From: a virus
Lineage: Duplodnaviria > Caudoviricetes
Reading direction: 5' to 3' (one strand)
DNA: 64,000 nt
IMG/VR virus record: IMGVR_UViG_3300032038_000069
Location: 4,184-68,183 of that record
This document shows positions 1 to 9,925 of the stretch, one piece after another. Made by a program: the position numbers and the translations under genes. Each line of letters opens with the position of its first letter. Position 1 is the stretch's first letter. A model generated the notes under the pieces. The model was not told where the DNA came from, did not search any database, and was given only the letters and a program-made list of their open reading frames with translations.

Positions 1-28
1 GTCATCCCTATGGAAGAGCTCTTGCTGC

Positions 29-475
29 TTAGTCACGAGGTAAATCATTCTTGGAATAAAGCATCAAGTTATTGAAGTCAATAATCAGATTGTTTTCTTT
101 CAGGAATATAGAACCCAGCATGCCATGCAGCTGGATGCCATGAGCCTCACGGATCATTTCAAATGGTGCATCCAGGTCAGCCACCAGGAAGACAGTGGAA
201 TAGTTTACCTTTCCACCCTCGAAGTTGATTTTACAGGCAGAGACCTCTTTAGTGCCTCCTACACCCGTGATGAGCTGCTTGTTGGAAAGTTCATGTTCCT
301 CATACTCCAAATCAGCTAATGCACTGCTATTGATAAGGTTCTTGTCAGAACCCGTATCAATGATAAAATAAAGCTGTTTGTCACCCTGTGTAAAAGATGC
401 TATGGGGATATTAGGGCTGGTAAAACCCTGACTGAAAGAAATTGCAAGAAGAGATTTATTATTAGTTTTGTTCAT
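29..475 (-). CDS. Retropepsin-like aspartyl protease
   Basis: FIIDTGS catalytic motif, GVGG flap-like segment and HGMLG motif in 148 aa. Confidence 0.75.
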   Translation of the reverse strand: MNKTNNKSLLAISFSQGFTSPNIPIASFTQGDKQLYFIIDTGSDKNLINSSALADLEYEEHELSNKQLITGVGGTKEVSACKINFEGGKVNYSTVFLVADLDAPFEMIREAHGIQLHGMLGSIFLKENNLIIDFNNLMLYSKNDLPRD

Positions 476-495
476 AGATTTTTTGGTTGTTTAAG

Positions 496-514
496 ATTGC
501 TGCTATACAGCAAT
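496..514. repeat. 19-bp intergenic inverted repeat (family copy 1)
   Basis: ATTGCTG-CTATA-CAGCAAT, perfect 7-bp arms. Confidence 0.85.
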
Positions 515-523
515 ATACGTGAC

Positions 524-1063
524 TTACTGTTGGGGTGTGTCTGTGCTGCCAAAGCCTCCTCTTGACTTACCATCAAGAGAATCTACCTGCTTAAGGGTTA
601 CCTTGCTGGAGAAGAGCCATTGAAGCTTCTGCAAGAAGGTAGCTTTCTGGGACAGCTGTATCCTGAACTGACAGAGACGGGTGCCCTTAGGAATGGTTAC
701 CTCTTGGGTGGCTACTACAGGCAGCTTCCACTCATCATCCTCTCCATAATAGAGGTTGTCAATGATGCCTATGGAATTGGTTTGAAGCAACCCATGCTTC
801 AAGAATGCAGAGCTGCGTGGGACTAGTATGCCCTCATAACCTTTGGGCATCTTGATACGAACTCCCAATGGGATGAGAGTAGAGAAGAAATCCACATCAC
901 GTATGTTCTCTGATGAGTTGGGCTTATCCTTACGTTTGTGGAGCTTATGGGCATAGGGGGCCTTCAGTGTGATGTCCTCAGCAGTGAAGAGGTCAATCCA
1001 GTCACCTACTTTGTATACTTCAGGCATGCAGCCTGGTGTTAGTTCTAGAATCTTGATTGTCAT
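524..1063 (-). CDS. dut: Trimeric dUTPase
   Basis: Motifs DWIDL, PRSS, GIIDNLYYG, QFRI and C-terminal RGGFGST. Confidence 0.92.
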   Translation of the reverse strand: MTIKILELTPGCMPEVYKVGDWIDLFTAEDITLKAPYAHKLHKRKDKPNSSENIRDVDFFSTLIPLGVRIKMPKGYEGILVPRSSAFLKHGLLQTNSIGIIDNLYYGEDDEWKLPVVATQEVTIPKGTRLCQFRIQLSQKATFLQKLQWLFSSKVTLKQVDSLDGKSRGGFGSTDTPQQ

Positions 1064-1066
1064 AAA

Positions 1067-1540
1067 TTAATGTTTTTGTAATAAATGAGTAATATCGGAC
1101 TGAGAGTAGCTACCATCTCCATGATGCTCTATGTGGTAGAGATGTTGGTTGGTGGTGGGGGAGTCAAGTCCTCCTGAGTCAGAGTCATAATGACCTAACT
1201 TAAGGTAGTCAAGATGGCCTATGATTCCCAAATGATTCTTAGGGAGGGCATCCAGACCACAGTACCATGCAGTCTTTACACGCTTGTGGGCATACATGAA
1301 GAGCTCGGTAAGAGCATCTATATCATGCTCACCTCCAAGCAATAACAGGCAGGTGATGCCTTGGTGTTTCTTGAGGAGATGCTCAAGGCACTGCTGTGTG
1401 AGAGGAGTACCTTTGTCTTCCCATAGTTCACGCTGGTTGCAGGCTGGGCATCTGATAGTACATCCAGAGATAGAGAGTCCCAGGGTTATTTCCCCTGGGA
1501 TTTCTCTGAAGACTTCTTTACAATAGAGGTATTTTAGCAT
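1067..1540 (-). CDS. nrdG: Anaerobic ribonucleotide reductase activase (radical SAM)
   Basis: GCTIRCPAC (CxxxCxxC), LGGE; adjacent to nrdD. Confidence 0.9.
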   Translation of the reverse strand: MLKYLYCKEVFREIPGEITLGLSISGCTIRCPACNQRELWEDKGTPLTQQCLEHLLKKHQGITCLLLLGGEHDIDALTELFMYAHKRVKTAWYCGLDALPKNHLGIIGHLDYLKLGHYDSDSGGLDSPTTNQHLYHIEHHGDGSYSQSDITHLLQKH

Positions 1541-3741
1541 ATTGTTTCTTTTTTAGCAAAGTAACGGTTGGAACCCTCCTTCTGACGAGCCTCACTCCAT
1601 GCTTTGACAGGGCGAAGGTAGCCAATAATACGCGTCCACTGAGTTACTTTCTCTGAACCACACTGAGGACACTTATCAAATGGATGTTTGGCAATGAAGC
1701 CACAACCATCACATTGTGTTTGGGGAACATTAAAGGTAATGTAGCTATTGCCTACCTGTACTGCATATTCAAGAAGTTTAGTGTACTGCTCTTTAGAGAG
1801 ATTGTCTTGGAGATTAAGGTGAGATGCCTGTCCTCCATCAATGGACTTGGCAATCTGACCTCCCTGCATGGCAATCTTATCAAGGATGGAAGTATCATCA
1901 TGAGCATCATAGATATAACTATTGTAGAGGTTTTCATCCTCTGGTACCCAATAGTTTTCAGATTTGTCCCAATTATAGTTCTTAACTCCAAGAGACTCAG
2001 CAGGAACCAATTCAAGATTGAACTTAAATTTCTTCTCAGAATGCTGCTTGTTATAGTCTTTGATAACACCAAGAATCCATGAGGCAAAGTCCATGTAATC
2101 CTTATTGTTGGATACTGTGAGACCTAAGAATCTTGCTGCTTCATTGAGGCCATTGACTCCAATAGTACAGTAGAGCTTATCAAAAGAGATGTATCCTGCT
2201 TTGGTTTGAGGAAACATGCCTTGCTTATCCATCTTGTATAGGCCAGTCTTGTAGGCTTTCTGATAGTCATAGACTCTATCAAGGATAGATTTAAGATAAT
2301 CATTAAACTCTATTTGTATAAGCAATCCTCTTCCTGACCATGCTTTCCCAGTTTCTTTATCTATAATATTATGTTCCCTACAGAAATCCTGCATAATCCT
2401 ATTAAGATTAAGAGTCATTACATTACAAGAACCTGTCTGGACACCAGTAAGACCTGTAGTAGAGGAGAAAGTATTCTCTGTAATTTCATTGCGTAGCCTA
2501 CAGCAACTGCTTATGCTATCAGCGTTCTCTGAGAGATACACAAAGAAACTATCACCTTCTGCCCATTGGGTAGTTACAAAATCTTTGTACTCCTTATCCA
2601 ACACATCTTTACCATCAGTGAGAAGACACACTGTCATGACAGGGAAAGTCAAGAGAGTTTTGGTTCTCTCTTCATTGAGCCACTTCATGTATCTCTTCTG
2701 AAGCCAGCTAACTGCCTCCCAATGAGGCTTAGTTCCATCAGGGAAAGCAAAATCATCGAACATAGTATGCCAATAGTAGGAATCAAAGACATTGAAATTT
2801 GTGAAAGGAGACTGATAACCACGATTACCTGCTGGTTGGTTAATGTAATGAGTAACAGATTGGAAGTACTGGTCGATGGTTTGTCCTATGGTACGATGCT
2901 GAAGGTTGTGCTCATTGGTAATGATGACATCAGCCTTTTTGTAGTATTCCTCGCCCCATTCTTTCTCACAGAAATAGGAGAAGAAATTGAAGAACTCACC
3001 ATAGGCTCCAGCACCTTTCTTCTGAGCAGAAAGCAGGAATACAAGATTCTGAAACTGTCCTATAAAGCTACCCAGATGCTTAGGAGCATGATTCCTGGTG
3101 CCATCTACAGAGCTTGTGCCATCTACCAACAAAGGATAGAGAGTATAAGCAGAGCAGTAAGGCTTTAGGATGGGAGAGCTCTCATCGTGCTGATAGAGGA
3201 TATGATGCTCTAAGTCTTTGACATACTGGTCCCTATAGGGAGAGTTAATTTCAGCAAGTAGCTCTTTCATCTGAGACCTTTGAATGATGCGGGAAGTATC
3301 TTTATAGAGTTCCCCTTCGAGCGTAGCAGCATTCTTCTTGTTGCTATTGGCATTATCGTCGGTATTGGAAAGGTTGGTAGCAGACTCACTGGACTCAGAG
3401 TACTTGTGAATATAGTTCAGTTTGTCTTTGATAAGCCTTGCCTGCTTATGCTGCTCACGGTAGAACATGTAAGCCTTACCAACAAGAAACCATTTTGGGT
3501 TGCTGATAAGAAATTTCTCCACTGCATTTTGGATATTCTCTACTGTGAGGTCTATAGACATTTTCTCATAAGTGTCATCTCCTTTACAGAACTCCTTAAT
3601 CTGCTTCAACTCTGCATCATTCAATGAGTAGTTGTTAGCCTTGAAAGCCTTTAGAATTGCATTTTCAATCTTTTGGGGATTAAACTCTTCCTTACTTCCG
3701 TCTCTTTTAATTACGTACATATTATTTACTGTGTTAAGCAT
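1534..3741 (-). CDS. nrdD: Class III anaerobic ribonucleoside-triphosphate reductase
   Basis: N-terminal ATP cone (VIKRDG), SSCCRL, C-terminal Zn ribbon (CDGC...CPQC) and glycyl-radical loop TRIIGYL. Confidence 0.95.
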   Translation of the reverse strand: MLNTVNNMYVIKRDGSKEEFNPQKIENAILKAFKANNYSLNDAELKQIKEFCKGDDTYEKMSIDLTVENIQNAVEKFLISNPKWFLVGKAYMFYREQHKQARLIKDKLNYIHKYSESSESATNLSNTDDNANSNKKNAATLEGELYKDTSRIIQRSQMKELLAEINSPYRDQYVKDLEHHILYQHDESSPILKPYCSAYTLYPLLVDGTSSVDGTRNHAPKHLGSFIGQFQNLVFLLSAQKKGAGAYGEFFNFFSYFCEKEWGEEYYKKADVIITNEHNLQHRTIGQTIDQYFQSVTHYINQPAGNRGYQSPFTNFNVFDSYYWHTMFDDFAFPDGTKPHWEAVSWLQKRYMKWLNEERTKTLLTFPVMTVCLLTDGKDVLDKEYKDFVTTQWAEGDSFFVYLSENADSISSCCRLRNEITENTFSSTTGLTGVQTGSCNVMTLNLNRIMQDFCREHNIIDKETGKAWSGRGLLIQIEFNDYLKSILDRVYDYQKAYKTGLYKMDKQGMFPQTKAGYISFDKLYCTIGVNGLNEAARFLGLTVSNNKDYMDFASWILGVIKDYNKQHSEKKFKFNLELVPAESLGVKNYNWDKSENYWVPEDENLYNSYIYDAHDDTSILDKIAMQGGQIAKSIDGGQASHLNLQDNLSKEQYTKLLEYAVQVGNSYITFNVPQTQCDGCGFIAKHPFDKCPQCGSEKVTQWTRIIGYLRPVKAWSEARQKEGSNRYFAKKETIC

Positions 3742-3759
3742 TTAAAAAACTAGGGAATA

Positions 3760-3778
3760 GTTGTTGCAGGACAACAAC
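3760..3778. repeat. 19-bp intergenic inverted repeat (family copy 2)
   Basis: GTTGTTG-CAGGA-CAACAAC just upstream of nrdD. Confidence 0.85.
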
Positions 3779-3789
3779 CTGTGGACAAA

Positions 3790-4833
3790 CTACGGCAGTT
3801 TGATGCACTCTATGGTATTGATACCTTCCAGGCTGATGCCATTGGGAACTTTTGGCCTCATGTTCAGGTATAACTGCAGCTCTTGGCCTATTTCGAAGGG
3901 GTCTCTTACTTCATTACCATCATCATCAATGAGAGTTCCCTTGCTTTTGGTGAGGGGGAATTTCCAAACCAATGGAGTGAGGGATTTTGGATTGACAATA
4001 ATGAATCTATAGTCCTCAAGAGTGAAGTCCTTGAAGTAAGGATCAGCTTCTATATTAGCCTTGATGAGTCTCCAATAAAGACGTGCCTGGATGTAATAGT
4101 GCCACTTCTTAAAGTTCTGCTGGAAGTCCCACTCAAGGCATCCTAGGCTTGTCTTCAAGTCAATGGGATAAATGACCTTCTTATCATAGTCTACTATCAG
4201 TTCATCGGCCATACAGCGGTAGCCTACTCCACCAAAACGAGCCTTAAACTTCAGCTGATAGTACCTGCGTATGGGAGATAACTCATCATCAGGAGCAAAA
4301 TAGCCACGGGTGGCAGGAGACTCACGGAGGGCATCGACACAGTTGAGTACATCATTATAGGTGTCACGGGAGATGATGGTCTTAGAACCTGCCTCATACT
4401 TCAGGCTATAGTACAGGGAGCATCTCTCAGTGACTACCCTGATACGAGTGTCATCCTTCCAGTTCTTCTGGAACTCAAAGGTGTTGGCAGCCTCCAGAAT
4501 ATAGGTAGCAGGGATGACATCCAGACGGACATAGTTGCTGCTGTAATTGTCGAACAGATGGTTGACTATCTGGAGCTCCTTGTCACCAATAGATGGGAAG
4601 TCAGCCACAAAGAAGAGATTGTTGAACTCCTCTTCCCCTCCTGTGATAATGGCATCCACACAAGAGCCAAGAGTAAGGGAAGGGCTCTCCTTACGGTCGA
4701 AGAGGTGGTCAAGACCATTGAATCCCAATGACTCATAGGTGGAAAGAGTGCTGTAGGACAGCTCTGGAAGCTGCCTATACTCAGGCTCGGAGATGGGCAG
4801 TGAGATGCTGCTTAACTCTTTTACTATCTGCAT
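3790..4833 (-). CDS. PD-(D/E)XK exonuclease-like protein
   Basis: LSYSTLS...LGSCVD N-terminus; RCMADEL...IDLKT nuclease core; YYIQARLY. Confidence 0.65.
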   Translation of the reverse strand: MQIVKELSSISLPISEPEYRQLPELSYSTLSTYESLGFNGLDHLFDRKESPSLTLGSCVDAIITGGEEEFNNLFFVADFPSIGDKELQIVNHLFDNYSSNYVRLDVIPATYILEAANTFEFQKNWKDDTRIRVVTERCSLYYSLKYEAGSKTIISRDTYNDVLNCVDALRESPATRGYFAPDDELSPIRRYYQLKFKARFGGVGYRCMADELIVDYDKKVIYPIDLKTSLGCLEWDFQQNFKKWHYYIQARLYWRLIKANIEADPYFKDFTLEDYRFIIVNPKSLTPLVWKFPLTKSKGTLIDDDGNEVRDPFEIGQELQLYLNMRPKVPNGISLEGINTIECIKLP

Positions 4834-4835
4834 AG

Positions 4836-5111
4836 TTACTCAGCCTGACGTTTAGCATTCTCCACATACCAATAGTAAAGGTCTTTCTCAGCCTGGAAGA
4901 TAGCAGCCAAGCCATTCATCTTATCATCGAAGGCTTTGCATGGTTTGGTCTTGGACCTCTGTTCAAGGTCATCAAACTCTTGTGTGATGACAGGCATGAA
5001 CTCATGGAGATACTTGATAAACTTCTGTACTTTCTCTGTGTAGCTCTCCCGCTTGGCATAGCTGATGGGAGCAGCAGTATTATTGCTTTTGTAGTTTGCT
5101 ATGTTACTCAT
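4836..5111 (-). CDS. Hypothetical protein (91 aa)
   Basis: ORF packed in operon with AT-rich upstream region. Confidence 0.6.
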   Translation of the reverse strand: MSNIANYKSNNTAAPISYAKRESYTEKVQKFIKYLHEFMPVITQEFDDLEQRSKTKPCKAFDDKMNGLAAIFQAEKDLYYWYVENAKRQAE

Positions 5112-5129
5112 AAGGTGTTAATAAATAAT

Positions 5130-5720
5130 TTAGTTTTTTACTAGTTGCCAGTTATAATTATAGGCATACTCCCTCTTGCCAGTGAGAGACTGGAGGATAG
5201 AGCCTAGGGGTTTTCCCTGGAGATGGAGAGCCTGCATGGCCTCTTGGATGGAATCAAACTCATGACCTGTAGGAGATGCTTCAGGCACTGAGGCTCTGTG
5301 GCTCTTCTTGGGTTTAGGGGACACAAGGATGTGGTAGCCTAAATATGGCCAATGATTGTCAAGGGCCAGCAGGAGCTGCCTGCCACAGTCATGAATCTGA
5401 TAGAAGCAAGTGGAAGGCTCATTCTCGATGAGATACTTGAAGAGCATCTTCTTTTTGTTTTTCCACTCAGGGGTCTCGAATCCTTTACATTCGAGGATGA
5501 TGCTGGAGCCAATCTCAAAGTCAGGGGTATAGGTGATGGCCCTTACCTTGTCTTTCTGGTAGGGGCATCTGAATCCCTCCTGTAGCACTATCTTCCTGCA
5601 CTCATACTGGTAGGGGATGCCTAAAGCATCGAGAGTTTCTGCTGTCTTAGCCTCAAGAGTAGAACGGAAGTTTACTCCATTCCACTCCTTAGGCTGGACA
5701 TTCTGTATACGCTCACTCAC
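5130..5720 (-). CDS. T7 endonuclease I-like / DUF1064-like PD-(D/E)XK endonuclease (possible resolvase)
   Basis: FRSTLEA...YQYE...YTPDF...ECKGF pattern. Confidence 0.7.
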   Translation of the reverse strand: MSERIQNVQPKEWNGVNFRSTLEAKTAETLDALGIPYQYECRKIVLQEGFRCPYQKDKVRAITYTPDFEIGSSIILECKGFETPEWKNKKKMLFKYLIENEPSTCFYQIHDCGRQLLLALDNHWPYLGYHILVSPKPKKSHRASVPEASPTGHEFDSIQEAMQALHLQGKPLGSILQSLTGKREYAYNYNWQLVKN

Positions 5721-6046
5721 TCTTCTTGGTTATCAAGCAGTTCTGCAACAGCCTCTTCCATGTCAATGAGACGCTCTGAAAGTTCAGAGACCACATTGAG
5801 GAGGTACTCAATGGCCTCTTCGGTACTCTCAAGCTTGATGCACTTCTCTCTTTTCTCACCACCCTTTACCTCGATGATTTCCTCATCAAGCAGGAAGTCA
5901 ACCAACTCGGGGATGAACTTACACTCCAGATGATGGTGTGTCACAGAGCCATTCTTCTCACGGGTGAAATCAAGCTCAATCATGTCGCCGAACTGCAACT
6001 CATCGTCAGTTCCTGCCATAAAATACTTTTCTTCTTTTTTCTTCAT
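5717..6046 (-). CDS. Hypothetical acidic protein
   Basis: 4-nt overlap with the downstream gene. Confidence 0.6.
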   Translation of the reverse strand: MKKKEEKYFMAGTDDELQFGDMIELDFTREKNGSVTHHHLECKFIPELVDFLLDEEIIEVKGGEKREKCIKLESTEEAIEYLLNVVSELSERLIDMEEAVAELLDNQEE

Positions 6047-6097
6047 TTTACTTTACTTTTTATGAGCCATGGCAGAGCCATGACCTGCATTAGAAAA

Positions 6098-6808
6098 CTA
6101 TTGTTCAGAATACCACTGTATGCCATACCCATTGAGGCCAATGAGGATACTGTTGATATCATGCCAGATGGATGATGGCATTCTGGAGTGGTTGCGGGCA
6201 TACCATGCAGGATGTTTGGTGCAGAGGACATGGTTGGACTGCTCGTTGATGCAATGTCTGAAGGACTGAGCCTGAGAGCCCATGAGCACATAGACAATGC
6301 CTACAGTATGCCTAGAGAGACTGGTAAGGAGACTACTGATGAATGGTCTCCACAGTAGGGAATGAGACCCTGGCTGCCCTGCAATACAGGAAAGTGCACT
6401 GTTAAGCAGCAGCACTCCCTGCTCTTCCCACTTCTCCAAACTCGGGTCAAAGTTAATGATTCCATGTGGAACTGTAAAATCAATAACAGAATCACTTAGG
6501 ACTGACAATGAGGGAGAAAAAGATGAGGAGGGAGTGGAGGGTCTGTTGGCAAAGGCAATGCCAGTTGCCACAGGAATGGAAGTGGTTGTGCCACAACCAG
6601 ATAGAGTTGGATAGGGGTCCTGACCAATAATAACCACCCGAAGACTGCTTAAGGGACAAAGATGGAAAGCCTTAAAAATATCTTTAATCTGAGGGCAGAT
6701 GATGAGGTTGTCACGGTGTGCCAACATACATAACCTCTGTATCAGGCTATCAGCTTCTTGGAGATTGATGACCTGTTGCCATGGGCCAAAGTACTCTTGG
6801 ATGGTCAT
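6098..6808 (-). CDS. ung: Uracil-DNA glycosylase, family 1
   Basis: VVIIGQDPY, GIAF, W..QGVLLLN, HPA motifs. Confidence 0.92.
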   Translation of the reverse strand: MTIQEYFGPWQQVINLQEADSLIQRLCMLAHRDNLIICPQIKDIFKAFHLCPLSSLRVVIIGQDPYPTLSGCGTTTSIPVATGIAFANRPSTPSSSFSPSLSVLSDSVIDFTVPHGIINFDPSLEKWEEQGVLLLNSALSCIAGQPGSHSLLWRPFISSLLTSLSRHTVGIVYVLMGSQAQSFRHCINEQSNHVLCTKHPAWYARNHSRMPSSIWHDINSILIGLNGYGIQWYSEQ

Positions 6809-7467
6809 AGGAGACTATCAGCCAACTGAAGCAGTTGCTCATTGGTGGTGTTGATAGATGGGGCATCTACTGCCCTGAATGTGAAAGGCATAGGGCCTAT
6901 CTCAGCAGTGGTAGCAGCATACGTCCTACTACCTCCTACGTAAGAGTAGGTGGACAGAGCAGTGGAGAGGAACTTTCCTGTGATGAACCGCTCCATGGAG
7001 TTGCTCTTATTGATGACTACATCGGGCAGTATGTGCAGGCAGGGACTCAGGAGCTTTATGCCTTGATTGTACTCTTGGTTTCTCTCCAGTTTCCATGAGA
7101 GGCACATGATTGGCAGAAAGTCGGAGTTGAAGACAAGCCCATCAGTGACATAATAGCTATCCTGCCCCACTTCCACCTTATAGAACTGGTCTTTAACAGT
7201 AGTTCTCAAAGCCTGTTTCATAGCTGCCTCAAGAGACTTGTAGGAAGTTGTATGTGTAGAAGGCTTGATGGAAATGATAAACTTATCTGTGTCGGCAGAA
7301 ATTTGACCATTCTTTATAAGTCTTACTATGCAGACTGGAAGCTCAGTAGGTCCATCTGGGAATGGTATTTCAATATAGTAAGGATAAGCCATGGTAGTGC
7401 TCTCATGTCCATTACAACCTAAATGACCAGTACCCAGAATCATATTAATACAGTCGTCCAGATTCAT
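6805..7467 (-). CDS. Hypothetical protein translationally coupled to the E1-like gene
   Basis: Start overlaps the E1 stop codon; 220 aa, no motif recognised. Confidence 0.65.
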   Translation of the reverse strand: MNLDDCINMILGTGHLGCNGHESTTMAYPYYIEIPFPDGPTELPVCIVRLIKNGQISADTDKFIISIKPSTHTTSYKSLEAAMKQALRTTVKDQFYKVEVGQDSYYVTDGLVFNSDFLPIMCLSWKLERNQEYNQGIKLLSPCLHILPDVVINKSNSMERFITGKFLSTALSTYSYVGGSRTYAATTAEIGPMPFTFRAVDAPSINTTNEQLLQLADSLL

Positions 7468-8732
7468 TACTTGATGGTTTTGAATAACATGTTCTGAGCA
7501 TCATACTCAGTGAAGAAAGGCAAGTCATAAGGAAGAACAGGGTCAAGCCTGTCAGCTACCCAGTTGGTGAGGAGATTGACTATGAAGGAGCTAATCATGC
7601 ATGCCATGTAGGTAGTTTGCTTCATGGAACAGACAGTCTCGTCAGCTTCAGAGTCATCAAAGAGAAACTCCTGTTCATACCTATTCATGTTGTAGGTATC
7701 ATCACCAGGGATGCAGAACACCTGGAGAGTGTCGATGCTTAACCTGCCATCAATGAAGACACAGTCCCTACGCTCTTCCTTAGGTTTCTGGCGAACATGC
7801 TGTTTCCAGCTCTGGAAGAATGTCTCTCTGGCAGTCATATTATCGAAGCCACATATCATGATGTCTCCAGCATCGGATGATGAAGTGAACCTAGAGGTGA
7901 TGGCATAGACATTACGAGTAGTAGTGAAATCAGAGATAAGGCTAGCCATAGCATCGGCCTTATGCTGCCCTACCTGATTTCTGCCATAGAACTGTCCAGA
8001 CTCATTGGCAGTCTCTACAGTATCATCATCATAGAGGCAGATAGTGGCAGGACACATACGAGCCAGCTGAAGGGCAGTCCAGCTACCGATACCCCCAAGT
8101 CCAGCAAGAATGATGCGAGACTGCTGGATGAGACTATACCACTCAGTGCCAGAGAATCTAGAGGTGGAATCATTGACAAGGAGGGTTGGAGAATTAAGAG
8201 GAATGAGAGATGGGTCGGAAGGTACTTGAGGCTGAGAGGGCTCTGAGGATTGCTGAGGCACAACAGGCTCTTCTGTTCTGGTAGAGTCAGCCTCGGTTAG
8301 TTCTCCAGACTCTATTCTCTCCATCCAATCAGCATCTTCTCTTGCATCCAGGCCTAACCCCTCTGCCATATTCTCCATTTGGTCTCTATCTATAATGAGA
8401 GTACCATCTCTGTATACACCATCATTTGTTACACTGTAAGTGACAGTATCTTGTATTTGAGCCTGAATACCGTCTCCAATATGTATAGGACCATCAGTAA
8501 TCTCCTCCTCTCCCCACTCCCCCTCGTCAGTTACCTCTTCAGGTTCCTGCATCTCAATGAAGTCATTGGACTCTAGAATATCATCAAAGTCAGAGTCAGT
8601 GAGCTGCTGAGTGGAAGGTTCAGATGGAGGAAGGTTAAGGTTGGAGACTACCTGCTCTACAGAAGTATTAGCAGAAGAAGTCTCAGAGGGCCCTACTCCT
8701 AATTCATTTAAAAAGCTATCTAAATCATCCAT
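7467..8732 (-). CDS. ThiF/E1-like activating enzyme with acidic N-terminal extension
   Basis: GLGGIGS, YDDDTVETAN, KADA, CGFDNMTAR, IDGRL; candidate catalytic Cys in CSMKQ. Confidence 0.88.
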   Translation of the reverse strand: MDDLDSFLNELGVGPSETSSANTSVEQVVSNLNLPPSEPSTQQLTDSDFDDILESNDFIEMQEPEEVTDEGEWGEEEITDGPIHIGDGIQAQIQDTVTYSVTNDGVYRDGTLIIDRDQMENMAEGLGLDAREDADWMERIESGELTEADSTRTEEPVVPQQSSEPSQPQVPSDPSLIPLNSPTLLVNDSTSRFSGTEWYSLIQQSRIILAGLGGIGSWTALQLARMCPATICLYDDDTVETANESGQFYGRNQVGQHKADAMASLISDFTTTRNVYAITSRFTSSSDAGDIMICGFDNMTARETFFQSWKQHVRQKPKEERRDCVFIDGRLSIDTLQVFCIPGDDTYNMNRYEQEFLFDDSEADETVCSMKQTTYMACMISSFIVNLLTNWVADRLDPVLPYDLPFFTEYDAQNMLFKTIK

Positions 8733-8737
8733 GATTA

Positions 8738-9925
8738 TTAACCATTAGCATAACGTAACAACATTGCACTATAGTAATGAATGTACTTGCTGAAGTCGTA
8801 GTACTTAGAGACCTCATCGTACATAGCTGAAGCAAGAGTGGAACGGTAGTAATCCCAATCTTCAAGTACCCATTCAGGAGTAGTAGGGTCGGAGAAATGG
8901 TTGAGCTGATACTCTACTATGAAATCCACCCAATCGTCAATAGCTAGTTCTCCCTCGGGGAATATGCGTTCATACATGGTGTTCATGTGGCGTTTAACCC
9001 ACTGAAGAAGGTCGAACTTATCACCCAAGATGAAGGAGCAGGCTAGCATTTGAGAGACAGCCCTATAGATGAGGTTAGGGTCTGGAGTCCAATCATCAGG
9101 AGTGATGCTCTTGGCATCATTTGGTTCGGAGAATAGTGGGAGTTCCTTGGTACTGCTTTTTAGCTCTTTATCCTTGCGCCAGCTATAGAAATCAAAGTCA
9201 TCAGAGTCCTTTGTATAGATATTGACAGGGGCTTTAGATGCCTCTTCCTGTTTCTTACGCTGGGCTATCTCATCGAAGCGAGTGTCCAAATAGTCAAGAG
9301 GATTATTCACAGTCTGGCGGTCAATATCCATCATGAAATACTCAATATAAGTATCCTTGACAGACTGTGGGTAGACATTGGAAGCAGGGTCAACTGAAGC
9401 TACAGTACCCTCACCGAAGAATTCATAAGAGGAGCCTAGGTTGCGGATTTCCTGCTCTGTCTGTATCTTACGGGTGACAGCAGCACAGTAAGTACCTGCA
9501 TTATTGACTATAAGAGACACAAAGCAGCTGGTATCATTGCCCTCTGACTGAAGAGTAGAAAGATCAGTGCCAGAGAAGAAGGCACTCATACTGTGATGTG
9601 AATGAATCAACCCTAAGTCACACTCGAAGAGGTCGATATTATTGGCAATATAGGCAGCTACATCTTCACTCATAGAGAACTGAGTGAAGGTGGCATTACC
9701 CAAGTCCATGGGATAGATGTCACGGCAGGTGATGGTCAGGTTGCCTTCCTCGAAAGAGCCTTCATGAGAATAGAATAGCACTCCAGACCATTCAGTGGAT
9801 GGAAACTTACGAAGCAAATACCTTATTTTCTCTTCTACTGAGGATGGGATGACCATCTTATAGACAGACTGTCCTTTGATGAGTCGTGGTAAGGGCTTGG
9901 GAGTCTGAGTTGATGTTGTGTTCAT
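8738..9925 (-). CDS. JAB/MPN+ metallo-isopeptidase
   Basis: EWSG glutamate and IHSHHSMSAFFSGTD (HxH...SxxD) JAMM motif. Confidence 0.9.
   Translation of the reverse strand: MNTTSTQTPKPLPRLIKGQSVYKMVIPSSVEEKIRYLLRKFPSTEWSGVLFYSHEGSFEEGNLTITCRDIYPMDLGNATFTQFSMSEDVAAYIANNIDLFECDLGLIHSHHSMSAFFSGTDLSTLQSEGNDTSCFVSLIVNNAGTYCAAVTRKIQTEQEIRNLGSSYEFFGEGTVASVDPASNVYPQSVKDTYIEYFMMDIDRQTVNNPLDYLDTRFDEIAQRKKQEEASKAPVNIYTKDSDDFDFYSWRKDKELKSSTKELPLFSEPNDAKSITPDDWTPDPNLIYRAVSQMLACSFILGDKFDLLQWVKRHMNTMYERIFPEGELAIDDWVDFIVEYQLNHFSDPTTPEWVLEDWDYYRSTLASAMYDEVSKYYDFSKYIHYYSAMLLRYANG

Noticed and set aside
1684-3627. Several plus-strand ORFs opposite nrdD, and similar antisense ORFs elsewhere
   Set aside because: Shadow ORFs on the reverse strand of well-supported genes, with no motifs.
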